Origin: Asterias rubens
Lineage: Eukaryota
NCBI RefSeq assembly: GCF_902459465.1
Contig: NC_047074.1
Coordinates: forward strand, 9,982,001 to 10,046,000
Length of the DNA stretch: 64,000 nucleotides
Direction of reading: 5' to 3'
The notes under the pieces were generated by a model that did no database searches, was not told the origin of the DNA, and was given only the letters and a program-made list of their open reading frames with translations. A program made the translations under genes and the position numbers. This document shows, piece by piece, positions 46,739 to 58,506 of the stretch. Numbering within the stretch: position 1 is the first letter of the stretch; each line of letters opens with the position of its first letter.

Positions 46739-49431
46739 CAAATGCAATGATCACTCTAAATAATTTAACAGATTCAGGTTTCTCGAAGGTATTTGGTGAC
46801 TTGAGTGATCTTAGATATATGGTGCGGTGCGAGCAATCGTCAGCAGTACACAAGTGACGCAGTATAAACGGATATTCGTCTTTAAAAAGTGCCGACAATT
46901 AACTAAGGAGAAACTGAATTAGTACACGAATTGTTGCGTGAAGTAGAATTGTTGGTTCATTTAGCCGTTACCTGGTTACGTTCAAACCTGCGTTGTTATT
47001 TCGTACTGCCATGTCGATACGAGCAGTAAAAACTTCGATTAAAATGTTGCACGAGCAACGTTTGTCTTGCAGTAACCAAAGCCACCAAGGTTATACGCGA
47101 TCTTTTTATTAGATTTGATGAAGCATACACAATTTGATACGTTGTCAAAGAAACTGTGGCGTAGGCAATTTACTCTACGAAGTGACTAGTGGTTTGCCGC
47201 CATGATTGTAGACACAGTTTGCTCTGGTTTTAGAACGACAATTCCTGAAGGTCTAACAGTTTTTCTTCACCGATAAAACATCAACATTACAATTAAATCA
47301 TTCGAAATGACTATACTACGCCTAAGTAGCGCTTAGCTGCTGCTGTTTCAAAAAAGGCAAAAATAATAATAAGGTTCATCTTGGGAAACAAACAATGATA
47401 AAGTAGTCGCGACTCTATCCGCTCCCATGAGTGTCAAGATATTCACTACAACTCAAAAACAATTAACACAAAATACACAGTCTATGTTAACATTATTTTT
47501 TTTCTTTTCTTTTTTCGTGTGAATCTTCTGAATTACAGTGTAATAAAGGTTGTCAACATTTACATGATTTCAAAGTGCATTGATAGAACAGGCCAAGTCT
47601 CGCGGACATTCAACAAATTTTCGAGAACCGTGTGTTCCCACTTAATTACGGCCCTTTTCGAAACCACACCTGCCATCGGCTTTGGATTCGGCTCATTGGG
47701 CTAGCTTGGCCCTGCGGTTGTTTTGACAATTGCGCGTGCTTTGCGTATGGGCTTAGGGCTTCAGACGAGAGGACGGAGCCTGAAGCCGAATCCAAAGCCG
47801 AAGCCGTTGTCTCGAAAAGGGCAAACGTTGCCTATACGTGTAAAGGAAAAACAAACATCGCGCACCTTGGTGCAACCCAGCTTTTGAAAACACGAGAGAT
47901 CTGCATTGTCTGTTATAATAAATAGGATATCAGTGAGTTCACATAGTGTTTTTACCATATTTTAATATTCATAAATACCTCAGACAGTTTCTCTACTCCT
48001 ATTGGTGGAGAGCGCGTCACGTGGGGGTGTTTAAACGGTTGATAATGACCTGTGTTTATAACCGGCTGGCTTCCGCGTGTCAGGCGCGCAAGATGATCAC
48101 GCCGAACGCGCAATTCATAGATATAAAACAGCACGTAACATATTTATAAGCGCGCGCGCGCAATCTATTTCTAAGCGCGCGCGCGCATACACACAACCCA
48201 CGCGCAACATACTGTTCACAAAAAATAATTTCAAACCGCGAACTTTCAACTTTCAAAGTGTCTGTAATTGTATTTTTCGTTTTTTAACAAAAGGGCATTT
48301 ATGAATGAGAATAAAAGAGACCTTGTCGGGTCGTTGCCGTAATCAAGTTCTACCCTGCCGGCTTTAAAATGCCGTGTAAAAACTCGTCGCTACCCTTTTA
48401 TTTCCTTTATTCAAAACATTCGGTGTCGTTATTCTCCATCAAATTGCACATGTGATTTTCCGGCGCGAAATTTTCTTGGTAAAAAGTACACAATTATAGA
48501 TAGAGTTTAAACATTCTAGTTAGCAATATATGCATTTTTGTCAAGTTTGAGGCTCATGTGGTAAGCCAACAAACCCCGCCCTCCTGTTCTCTTAGTTTGA
48601 GCAGCAAAGGAGAACAAAATAATTATATCCTTTTCCACTTTTCGGCTGAGTTTGATGAATAAGGAACACACAAATCAATGATGCAATACTAGTTTGCAGA
48701 ACAACATGTAGTCTTGCTAGTTAAATGTCTAAATCTATAGACTTTTAAATTTATTTTTCAAAAGTGCGCGCGATCTTTACTTTGTTCCTCTAGCAGTTTT
48801 TTTTATGAAGAATTAATTTTCGTTCACAGCTCCATGAAAAGATGATTTGTTTTTCTAACGAACAAAAAAAGGTAAATTTAAAAGTTTAGTTAAAACTGAA
48901 ACTGTAAATAATTAGATAATACTTGTTTCGTTATTTTCCGTGCATTAACGCATGCACACTATTTCTTGAATGGGTTAGATAAAAGTCATAATGAAACCAG
49001 CGTGTTGGTCTTTAAAAATAAAAAATAAATGCTCCATCTGGCGCGAAGTTGAAATGTTCAAGGCGAGCAAAGTTGATGTTTCACCACAGTCTGTACTTGC
49101 AACAGGTCTGTTCGCTTACCCTTTATTTCTTCTCACGTAGAAAGACGGGCATTACCTTTTCGTTAACTGTAACTATAGATAGTTCTTTCTGGAGGAGGGG
49201 GGGGGGGTTGATGCTTTGATTGTTACTTGGCTTTCCATTTTATGTTGTGTCAACTTCCGTGTTGGGCGATCTTGAAAAGTTCACATCTTGCTCGTTTTCA
49301 TCAGTGATAAGTTGTAAACACAAACAAGATAATATTGTCACAGTACTTTTTTAAAGAGAATTTAAACTACAAAAAGTAGCAGCCAACCTCGCTCTACTGT
49401 CGGGCCTTAGACGCTACACGATCGTAGTGGA

Positions 49432-49947
49432 TTAACCACATCTGGCTTGACGGCGACGCTCACAGATGATATACTTCTTAGTTGTTGCCTCTCCATCACC
49501 CCAATAGCCAAGTACGTCAGGATTCTTCCCATAGTAAGCACGGGTTATCATGAAGCCATAATCCTGGTCACTTTGCCACTTCTCGTCATCTGGTTGGTCT
49601 GGCTCCCACTTCCGATATTCAGTCGGTTTACCATCCTCGTAGCAGCTCCATTCACCTTCAAATTCAGCATCATTACAATTGATCCAAACACCGACTAGAT
49701 CTCCATGGTGCTCAAACGAAGTAAATATGAATTTATTCTCCCAATCTGAGCTTGGGAGCATTATAGATGCGTTGTTACGATTACACTGCATCACGGCAGT
49801 GATCCAGTTGCCCTCCATGGATCCATCCAGACCCAAGTAGCAAGACTCAGCATAAGGCACCCACCCATAAGGGCACCCTCTCGCTGCAAACACACCCTTT
49901 ACCATGATAATGATAACAAATTGAGTCAAAACTGCAGCTGAAATCAT
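49432..49947 (-). CDS. Secreted C-type lectin, copy 5 (B-type), 171 aa
   Basis: Near-identical to copy 2 (7 nt differences by manual count, 4 non-synonymous). Confidence 0.9.
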   Translation of the reverse strand: MISAAVLTQFVIIIMVKGVFAARGCPYGWVPYAESCYLGLDGSMEGNWITAVMQCNRNNASIMLPSSDWENKFIFTSFEHHGDLVGVWINCNDAEFEGEWSCYEDGKPTEYRKWEPDQPDDEKWQSDQDYGFMITRAYYGKNPDVLGYWGDGEATTKKYIICERRRQARCG

Positions 49948-52900
49948 GACATCAGATGCAATGAACTCCTTGTAACTTTGAAATCTTTGTCTGTAAAAAT
50001 GTCTTTGTAAGTTGAGGGATCTATGAGATGGAGTGGTGCGAGCATATTAAAGTCAGTAATGAGCTTATTTTGGGAAGCGGCGCAATAAATATCGACGTAT
50101 TATTGCATTAAGCTGAATGTTTATTGTTTAGTCGTTACCGGGATACGGTCAAACAATCATGGTTATTGTTATTAATCATTCATTCGCCCATGATGATAAC
50201 AGTCAGTGAGTCCATCAAAATGACAATTTTCACCCAAAGGAGAAATCAATCAAACCTATTAAATCACACAAAAACAGCCACTTATGCAAATTGGTTATTT
50301 TCCAGATGAAACATACGAAGCAATTAGATAAACAGTTTCAAAGTAGGAAACTACTTCAGGGAGATAAATTGACTCATTTGTCGTATGTTGCCATTTACTC
50401 TGTTTGACACAATGTATAAACAGTTCATCAACCTCCCCTAGATAAAACACTAGAGTTCGCAATATACAATTCATTTGAAACTACTACGATACGCCTACAT
50501 GGTTTGAACGACGGTATCCGCCATTTTGAACCGTTGATTTTGGAAGGTTTTAAGGCAAACACACCCAACTGGTAACCAAACTAATTAAAGCCAGACATAT
50601 TATTACGTGAGTGTACTTCGGATGGAATAAGAACTAAACCACCGATCGGCGAGGTGATGTGTTCTTTTCAGATGGAGTGAAGCATGGACAATTTGATACA
50701 TTTTCAAAGAAACTGTGGCGTAGGAAACTAATCCAGTGAGACAAAGTGACCTATGTTTTTCTTTAGCAACTTGTTTTACTTAACCCTGAATTTAGAACTC
50801 AGCATTTCCCGAAGGTCTAACATATTAAATTTGCCATCTAAATCGTCGATAAAACTGCGTCGTTTTCAGCTCATACAATTCATTTGAAAGACTACAATAA
50901 CAGCCTTCACAGTCTAAACGAAATGACGGACCCGCCATTTTGATCGTTTATTGTGGTTGTTTCGTAAGCAATCACACCACAGCTGGTAACCGCGCTAAAT
51001 CAAGTCAGAAATTGTAGGTATTCGTGAGTGTCACGTACATCATGGTCGCCTGCCATTGTTCATCACGATCCCACGGTCGTTTTACGGCGTGCGCAGGTGT
51101 TAGCGCCAATTATTACTTGAGTGTTCGTTTGCATCCAGCACGCTGTGCGGATGATCTTTTATTAGTAAATTGGTGCGCCCTCTGTAGTTTGTCGAGTAGA
51201 AAACGCTGGAATGTTGATTGAGTCGCCTCGCAGCGTACGAACTGCATATTTTGCGTTGGTAACGGCGACGTTTTTTTTTGTGGCTGGTGAAAGCTGTTTT
51301 GAATTTCATGTCAGTTATTGCAAGGTGCCAAATCACACGTGTGTTACTGAGTTGTGAGTTCTATTGTCCTTATCAGTTGACCACTTTTGGATATTTGCCT
51401 CTCGGGAGAACTGTAGAGGGCGCAATGCTTTGAGTATCACCTAATTGGAAAGGAAAAATGCTCTGAGTGAAAAGAAAAGAAACTAGAGGGGAAAAAAAGC
51501 CTAAACAGAATTGTGCATCTATTTTTTATAATGTTTTAACACCAGCAAAACGCACAGGACCAGCCTAAACAATACACCGCTCATCTTGGGAAACAAACAA
51601 TGGTAAAGTAGTCGCGACTCCATCCGCTCCCATGAGTGTCAAGACACATTACAACTCAGAAACATTGGACACGAAAATACAAAACCTTTGTTAACACTAA
51701 TTTTTTTTATTTCTTTCGTGCGAATCTCATGAATTACACATTGATACTGATTTTACAGTGCATAATAGATCATGCCAAGTCTCGCGGGTACTCACCAAGT
51801 TTTCGAGAACCGTGTGTTCCCACTTCCAACCCTTTTCGAAACCACGGCTTCGGCTTTTGACTCGACTCGGGCTTGCTTGGCCTCGCGGTTGTTTTGCCAG
51901 TCGTGTGGTCTTGCATACGTTCTCATGGCTTCACACGAGAGGACGGAGCCTGAAGCCGAATCCAAAGCCGATGCCGTGGTCTCGAAAGGGGTCTACGTTG
52001 CATTAACGTGTAAAGGAAAAACATCGCGCACCTTGATGCAACCCAACTTTTAAAAACACGCGAGAATTGCATTTTCTGTTGTAATAAATAGAATATCGGT
52101 GATTTCACATACTATAGTGTTTTCACAATGTTTTCTTTTTTTCTACAACATTCGGTCTCGTTATTCTTTATCAAATTGATCGAACATGGGGTTTTTCCGG
52201 CGCGACATTTTCTTGGTAAAAGTACACAACTATTGCTAAAACTAAAAAGTTCTAGCTAGCAATATATTATAGATGTTAAATTTGCATCGGGGATAAAGAA
52301 TATTAATTTTGGTTTTGACCCATACACCGATGTGTGTTAGCACTGTATACTCAGCACTTTCCCGAGTCCTGCTGAGTATACAGTGCTAACACACATCGGT
52401 GTATGGTAAAAACCAAAATTATATCGTTGCGGTACCCGCTGCCAAAACAAAGGATTCGAACTAACTCTAGCTGCCGGGCAACCTCGGTAGTCTAGTTGGT
52501 GAGACGCTGCTCTGGAATTGCAAGGGTCGTGGGTTCGAGTCCCACCCGAGTAACATGCCTGTGATATTTTTTTTCACAGGACTCGGGAAGGTGCTGAGTA
52601 AGCAGTGCTAACACACATCGGTGTATGGGTAAAAACCAAAATTAATAGCAATATATTGCAAATATTTGTTAAGTTTGAGGTTCATGTGATATCCCGTCCT
52701 CCTTTTCTCTTGGTTTGAGCAGCAAAGGGAAACAAACGAATATCCTTTTCCACTTTCGGCTAGGTTTGAGCAACAAAGTATATCAAAGTTGAACCCCTCC
52801 ATTTTTGGAGTTAGAGGAACAAGAGATACCAAAATATATTCCCCTTCCATTTAGGCTGGGTATGATGAATAAGGAATACTAAAATCTACAATATTTACTT

Positions 52901-53685
52901 AAAATTATCACCACTTGAACCACAATTTAACTCTTCTTTATGTCAGCTTTCCAAACAATGCAGCATACATTGTAAACAAAAAAGGTGTGCGTAACTATGC
53001 GGAACTATGATGCAATAATAGTTTGTATAACAACATGTAGTCTTGCGAACAAAAAATGTCCAAATCAAAAGACTTTAAAATATATTATTTTCAAAAAGTG
53101 CACGCGATCTTTACTTTGTTCCTCCAGCAGTATCTCATGAAAAAAACAAGAACGAAATACTCCATCTGGCGCGAAGTTGAAATGTTCAGGGCGACCAAAG
53201 TTGAAGTTTCACCACATTCTGCACATGCAACAGGTTTGTTCGCCGTTCCTTTATTTCTTCTCTCTTGCAAAGAAGCACCACGATATGTTTAGTGTTTCAT
53301 TAGTTCTTTCATGATGTGGGGTGGGGGTGATTCTTTGATTGCTGCTTGGCTTTCCATTATGCTGTATCAACTTACAGTGTTCGGCGATCTTGAAAAACTC
53401 ACAACTTGCTCGTAGTCATTAGTGATAAGTTAAAAACCATAGACGACAGTTATTCTAAGTGTCACGGTAATTTTTATAGAAACATGTGAAATCAAAATAA
53501 TAGCAACCAACTCCGCTCGATGTTGAATGAAAGACAGTTTTGGCGCTCCATACATCGTCGTCTGCAGGCGTCTACTGTGTCTGTTGGATATCTGTCCAGG
53601 GTGTGGCCGAAGAGACAGCGAGACACGAAGTGACCAGTAGACTCATCTACTGTCAGGCCATTGACGTAATACGATCGTAGTGGCA

Positions 53686-54198
53686 TTACCCACATCTATC
53701 TTGACGGCGACGCTCACAGACGATGAACATCGCAGCTCTTGGCTCACTTTCACCCCAATAACCAAGTATACCTGGGTTACTCTTGAAATCACGGGTTATC
53801 ATGAAGCCAGAATCCTGATCATGATGCCACCCCTCACTATCTGGTTGGTCTGGCTCCCACTTCCGATATTCAGTCGGATCTTTACCATCCTCGTTGCAAT
53901 TCCATTCACCTTCAACTTCAGCATCATTACAATTGATCCAAACGCCGTCTAATTGGTTTCCATTGTGCTGAAATGAAGTAAATATGAATTTATTCTCCCA
54001 ATCTGAGCTTGGGAGCATTATAGATGCGTTGTTACGATTACACTTCATCACGGCAGTGGACCAGTCGCCCTCCATGGATCCATCCAGACCCAAGTAGCAA
54101 GACTCAGCATAAGGCACCCATCCATAAGGGCACCCTCTCGCTGCAAAGACACCCCTGGTTACCATGATGATAACAGTAAGAACTCTCGTAGAAATCAT
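53686..54198 (-). CDS. Secreted C-type lectin, copy 6 (C-type), 170 aa from the first ATG
   Basis: Paralog of copy 3 with a different internal patch (DWSTAVMKCNRN). Confidence 0.9.
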   Translation of the reverse strand: MISTRVLTVIIMVTRGVFAARGCPYGWVPYAESCYLGLDGSMEGDWSTAVMKCNRNNASIMLPSSDWENKFIFTSFQHNGNQLDGVWINCNDAEVEGEWNCNEDGKDPTEYRKWEPDQPDSEGWHHDQDSGFMITRDFKSNPGILGYWGESEPRAAMFIVCERRRQDRCG

Positions 54199-57100
54199 GA
54201 CGTCAGATGCTACGATCTCTTTTAACAATTAAAAACTGTCGAATTCTTGAAGGATTTTTCTGGGTCGAACAAAGAGTTGACTAGGGTGGGAGTGAACAAA
54301 GAATTGACAAGAGTGGGATTCGAACCAACGACCTCCGGATTAACGTGCCAAATTTCTTGAAGGTGATTGAAAGGTATGGTGCAGTGCGGGTAATCGTCAG
54401 AAGTGATGCACATTTTGTGACGCAGCACCGACTTAAAATTTTGTTCTGCGGTGCCGCATGATTATGGTCCGAGATACAGGATTGCATTTTGGTGCAAGTA
54501 ATCCATGCATTGTAACGGAAAGAGGAGATTTTGGCTCATTTGGTCGTTGCTGGGATACATTCAAACCTTATTGTTATCATTTCGTCCAGCCAAGATGATA
54601 GCAGACAGTGAGACCAAATATAATATTAATACCAAAATACAACCTTCCTCACAGTTCACTTGTGTTCATTCTGACTGCGTCTTTAGATTGTTAAGGTGTA
54701 GCAAACCATATCATTGTAATTCACACCAACGAATTATTTTAGTCAGGCCTAATAAACCGGGAGATAACCAAACCACTGAGGCGATCGGTCTTCTTTTCAG
54801 GTTTTATGAAGCATACACAATTGAGTGGTCGAAGAAACCGGTGGCATAGGAAACTACTCAAGGGAGATAAATTGACCTGTGTTTTGTATCCAGCCAGTTG
54901 ATTTGACTTAATATATTTGTACCTGTATTGAGAGCGGCTATTTCCAAAGGCTATACAGTTTCCCATTGAAACTCAATGTAAAACACATACTACCAAATAT
55001 GGATCCGCCATTTTGACTGTTGATCTCGTTACTACCCAAGGTTCGAAGGCAATCACGCCAAGCTAGGACCGAGCTAAGTGAAAGATCATACGTTAGTGTA
55101 GTGCATCCACGAATTTTCCACGAATTTGACTTCGATACCTCAGACTTAGAATTTGAGGTCTCGATCAAGCCTCTGAAAGCACACAACTTCGTTTGGCAAG
55201 AGTGTATTTTCTTTCATTACATATTATCTCGCAACTTTGACTACCAATTGAGCTCAAACTTTCACAGTTTTGTTATGAGCACATAAGTTGAGATACAGCA
55301 AGTGATGAGGAGACTGGTCTATGACAATTACTAATAGTGTCCAGTGTCTTTCACTTAAATATTGCCCCTGCATTTAGAACACAGTCTTTCCCGAAGGTCT
55401 AACATATTGAATTTGCCATTCAAACCGTTGATAAAACAGCATAGTTTCAGCAAATACAACTCATTTGAAGTGCTGCCAATAAACACCTTCACAGTCTGAA
55501 CGGAATGACGGACCCGCCATTTTGATCGTTTATTGCGATGTGGTTGGTTCGTAAGCAATCACACCACAGCTGGTAACCGAGTTAATTGAAGTCAGAAATT
55601 GTAGTTATTCGTGATTGTCATATATCATGGTCGCCTGCCAATGTCCACCACAATCCCAATGTTAGTTTAACGGCATGCGCCCTCTATTGCTATTTATAGC
55701 TTGAGTGTTCGTTTGCATCCAGCATGTGGTGCGGATGATCTATTAAAATGATAATGAGCAAATAGTCTGGTTCCAAGACCCCAAAATCTCCGACTAGGCG
55801 CGTCGAATTTAGGGTCCGGTATCACCCAAAATCACGTTACCAAAAAGGAGGAATTCCTCCTTTTTTTTAGAAGTTATCCGAAATGATCCGAACGTGTTGT
55901 CGTCATCATTCGGACAGTATCGTTGATGGTCGGTATGGAATCATAATGTCAGTCCTGTCGCCGTAGATCCAGGAGTTTTTATGCCAGCTATTGTTATTTA
56001 AAGCCATGCAGGCGTTGTGCCTAAATAAGTCATGCTCTATTTTTAACCGTGGGTGATACCTGACCTAAGATTTGTAACAAGAGACGTCAAGGAATCTTTG
56101 GTCATGGGACCAGACTAATGAGCAAATTGGTGCGCCCTCTACAGTTTGTCGAGTAGAGGCAGTTTTGACAGTGCATCATGGGAAAACGCCAGAATATTAA
56201 TTGAATCGCCTATTAGCGTACGAACTGCGTATTATTTGGTTATGGCGACATTTTCTAGGCTGGTGAAAGCTTTTGTGAATTCCATGTCAAGATTTGAAAG
56301 GTCCCACACCACACGTGTGTTGCTGAGTTGTGAGTGCGATCGCTTTTGGATATTTGCCTCTCGGGAGAACGGTAGAGGGCGCAATGTGTGGGTATCACCT
56401 GATTGGAGTTGAAAAATGCGCTGAGTGAAAACAAAACAAACTAGAGGGGAAATGCTTAACCAGAATTGTGCATCTATTTTAAAAATTTTAGAACCAGCAA
56501 AACGCACAGGACCAGCCTTAACAATACACCGCTCATCTTGTGACACAAACAACGGTATAAAGTAGTCGCAACTCTATCCGCTCCCGTGAATGTCAAGATA
56601 TTCATTACAACTCAGAAACATATTGAACACAAAACAAACAGTCTATGTTAACATTACATTTTTTTATTTCTTTTGTGCGAATTTCGTGAACTACAGTGCA
56701 ATAAGATTGTCAACATTGATTTCAAAGTGCGTTGATAGACCATGCCAAGTCTCGCGGGCACCCAACAAGTTTTTGAGAACCGTGTGTTCCCACTTACGGC
56801 CCTTTTCGAAACAACGGCTTCGGATTTGGATTTGGCCCAGGCTAGCTTGGCCCCGTGGTTTTTTTGACAATTGCACGTGCTTTGCGTATTAGTGCTCAAG
56901 GCTTCAGACGAGAGAACGGAGCCTGAGGCCGAATCCAAAGCCGAAGCCGTGGTCTCGAAAGGGGCCTACTTATACGTTGCCTTTACGTGTAAAGGAAAAA
57001 CCTCGCGCACGTTGGTGTAACCCAACTTTTTAAAACACGCGATAATTGCATTGTCTAGTGTAATAGATATGATTTTTGGGGGATTTCACATAATGTTTTT

Positions 57101-57990
57101 ATCATAATAAAATTATTTTCTATTTACAACATTCGGTATCGTTATTCTCTATCAAATTGAACGTGTGGTTTTCCGGCGCGAAATTTTCTTGGTAAAAGTA
57201 GGCCTACACAACTGTTGATAACATTTAAAATTTCTAGGTTGAGGTTCATGTGATCAAAAAATGTATCCCGTCCTCCTTTTCTCTTGGTTTGAGCAACAAA
57301 GGATACCAAAATTGAACCCTCCTATATTCGGCTGAGTTTGAGGAACAAGAGATACCAAAATTAATCCCCATTATTTCGGCTTGGGTGGATGAATACGGAA
57401 TACAAAAATCTACAACACTTACTTAAAATGTTCACAACTCGAGCCACAGTCTTTATGAAACTAACGTGAAGATCTTTAAAAAACAAAACAAAAAAGTTGA
57501 TGATTCACCACAGTCTGTACTCGCAACAAGTTCGATTTTCCTTTATTTCTTCTCACGTAGAAAGGCAGGACATTAACTTATGCAAAGAAGCAACACGTTT
57601 TCGTTAAATGTTTCATTATAGATGTTTAGTTCTTTCAGGAGGGGGGTTGGGGATGGTGATGCTTTGATTATTGCTTGGCTTTCCATATTATGTTGTATCA
57701 ACTTACAGTGTTCGGTGATCTTGAAAGTTCACATCTTGCTCGTCGTCATTAGTGATAAGTTAAATACACAAAGACGATAATTATTTTAAGTGTCACCGTA
57801 CTTTTTAAAGAAACAAGTGTAAAATCAAAAAAGTAGTAGCCAACTCCGCTCGATGTTGAATAAGAGACAGTCTTGGCGCTCCATACATCGTCGTCTGTGT
57901 GTCCAGGGTGTGGCCGAAGAGACAACCGAAGTGACCAGTAGACTCATCTACTGTCAGGCCATGGTATAGACGCTACACGTTCGTAGTGGA

Positions 57991-58506
57991 TTAACCACAT
58001 CTGGCGTGGCGGCGACGCTCACAGACGATAAACTTATCAGTATGTGTTGCATCCGCATCACCCCAATAGCCAAGTACCTCTGGATTCTTCCCATGGTAAG
58101 CACGGGTTATCATGAAGCCATAATCATCATCAGCTGGCCACTTCTCGTCATCTGGTTGGTCTGGCTCCCACTTCCGATATTCAGTCGGATATTTACCGTC
58201 CTCGTAGCAGTTCCATTCACCTTCAACTTTAGCATCATTGCAATCAATCCAAACACCTTTGAGACTGCCGTGGTGCTGAAATGAAGTGAGTATGTATTTA
58301 TTTTCCCAATCTGAGCTTGGGACCATTATAGATGCGTTGTTACGATCACACTGCATCACGGCAGTGGACCAGTCGCCCTCCATGGATCCATCCAGACCCA
58401 AGTAGCAAGACTCAGCATAAGGCACCCATCCATAAGGGCACCCTCTCGCTGCAAAGACACCCTTTGTTACCATGATTAAAACAGTAAGAACTCTTGTAGA
58501 AATCAT
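57991..58506 (-). CDS. Secreted C-type lectin, copy 7, chimeric (C-type promoter and signal peptide, A-type lectin domain), 171 aa
   Basis: The mature domain is nearly identical to copy 4. The signal peptide MISTRVLTVLIM and the upstream 2.4 kb match copies 3 and 6. Confidence 0.9.
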   Translation of the reverse strand: MISTRVLTVLIMVTKGVFAARGCPYGWVPYAESCYLGLDGSMEGDWSTAVMQCDRNNASIMVPSSDWENKYILTSFQHHGSLKGVWIDCNDAKVEGEWNCYEDGKYPTEYRKWEPDQPDDEKWPADDDYGFMITRAYHGKNPEVLGYWGDADATHTDKFIVCERRRHARCG

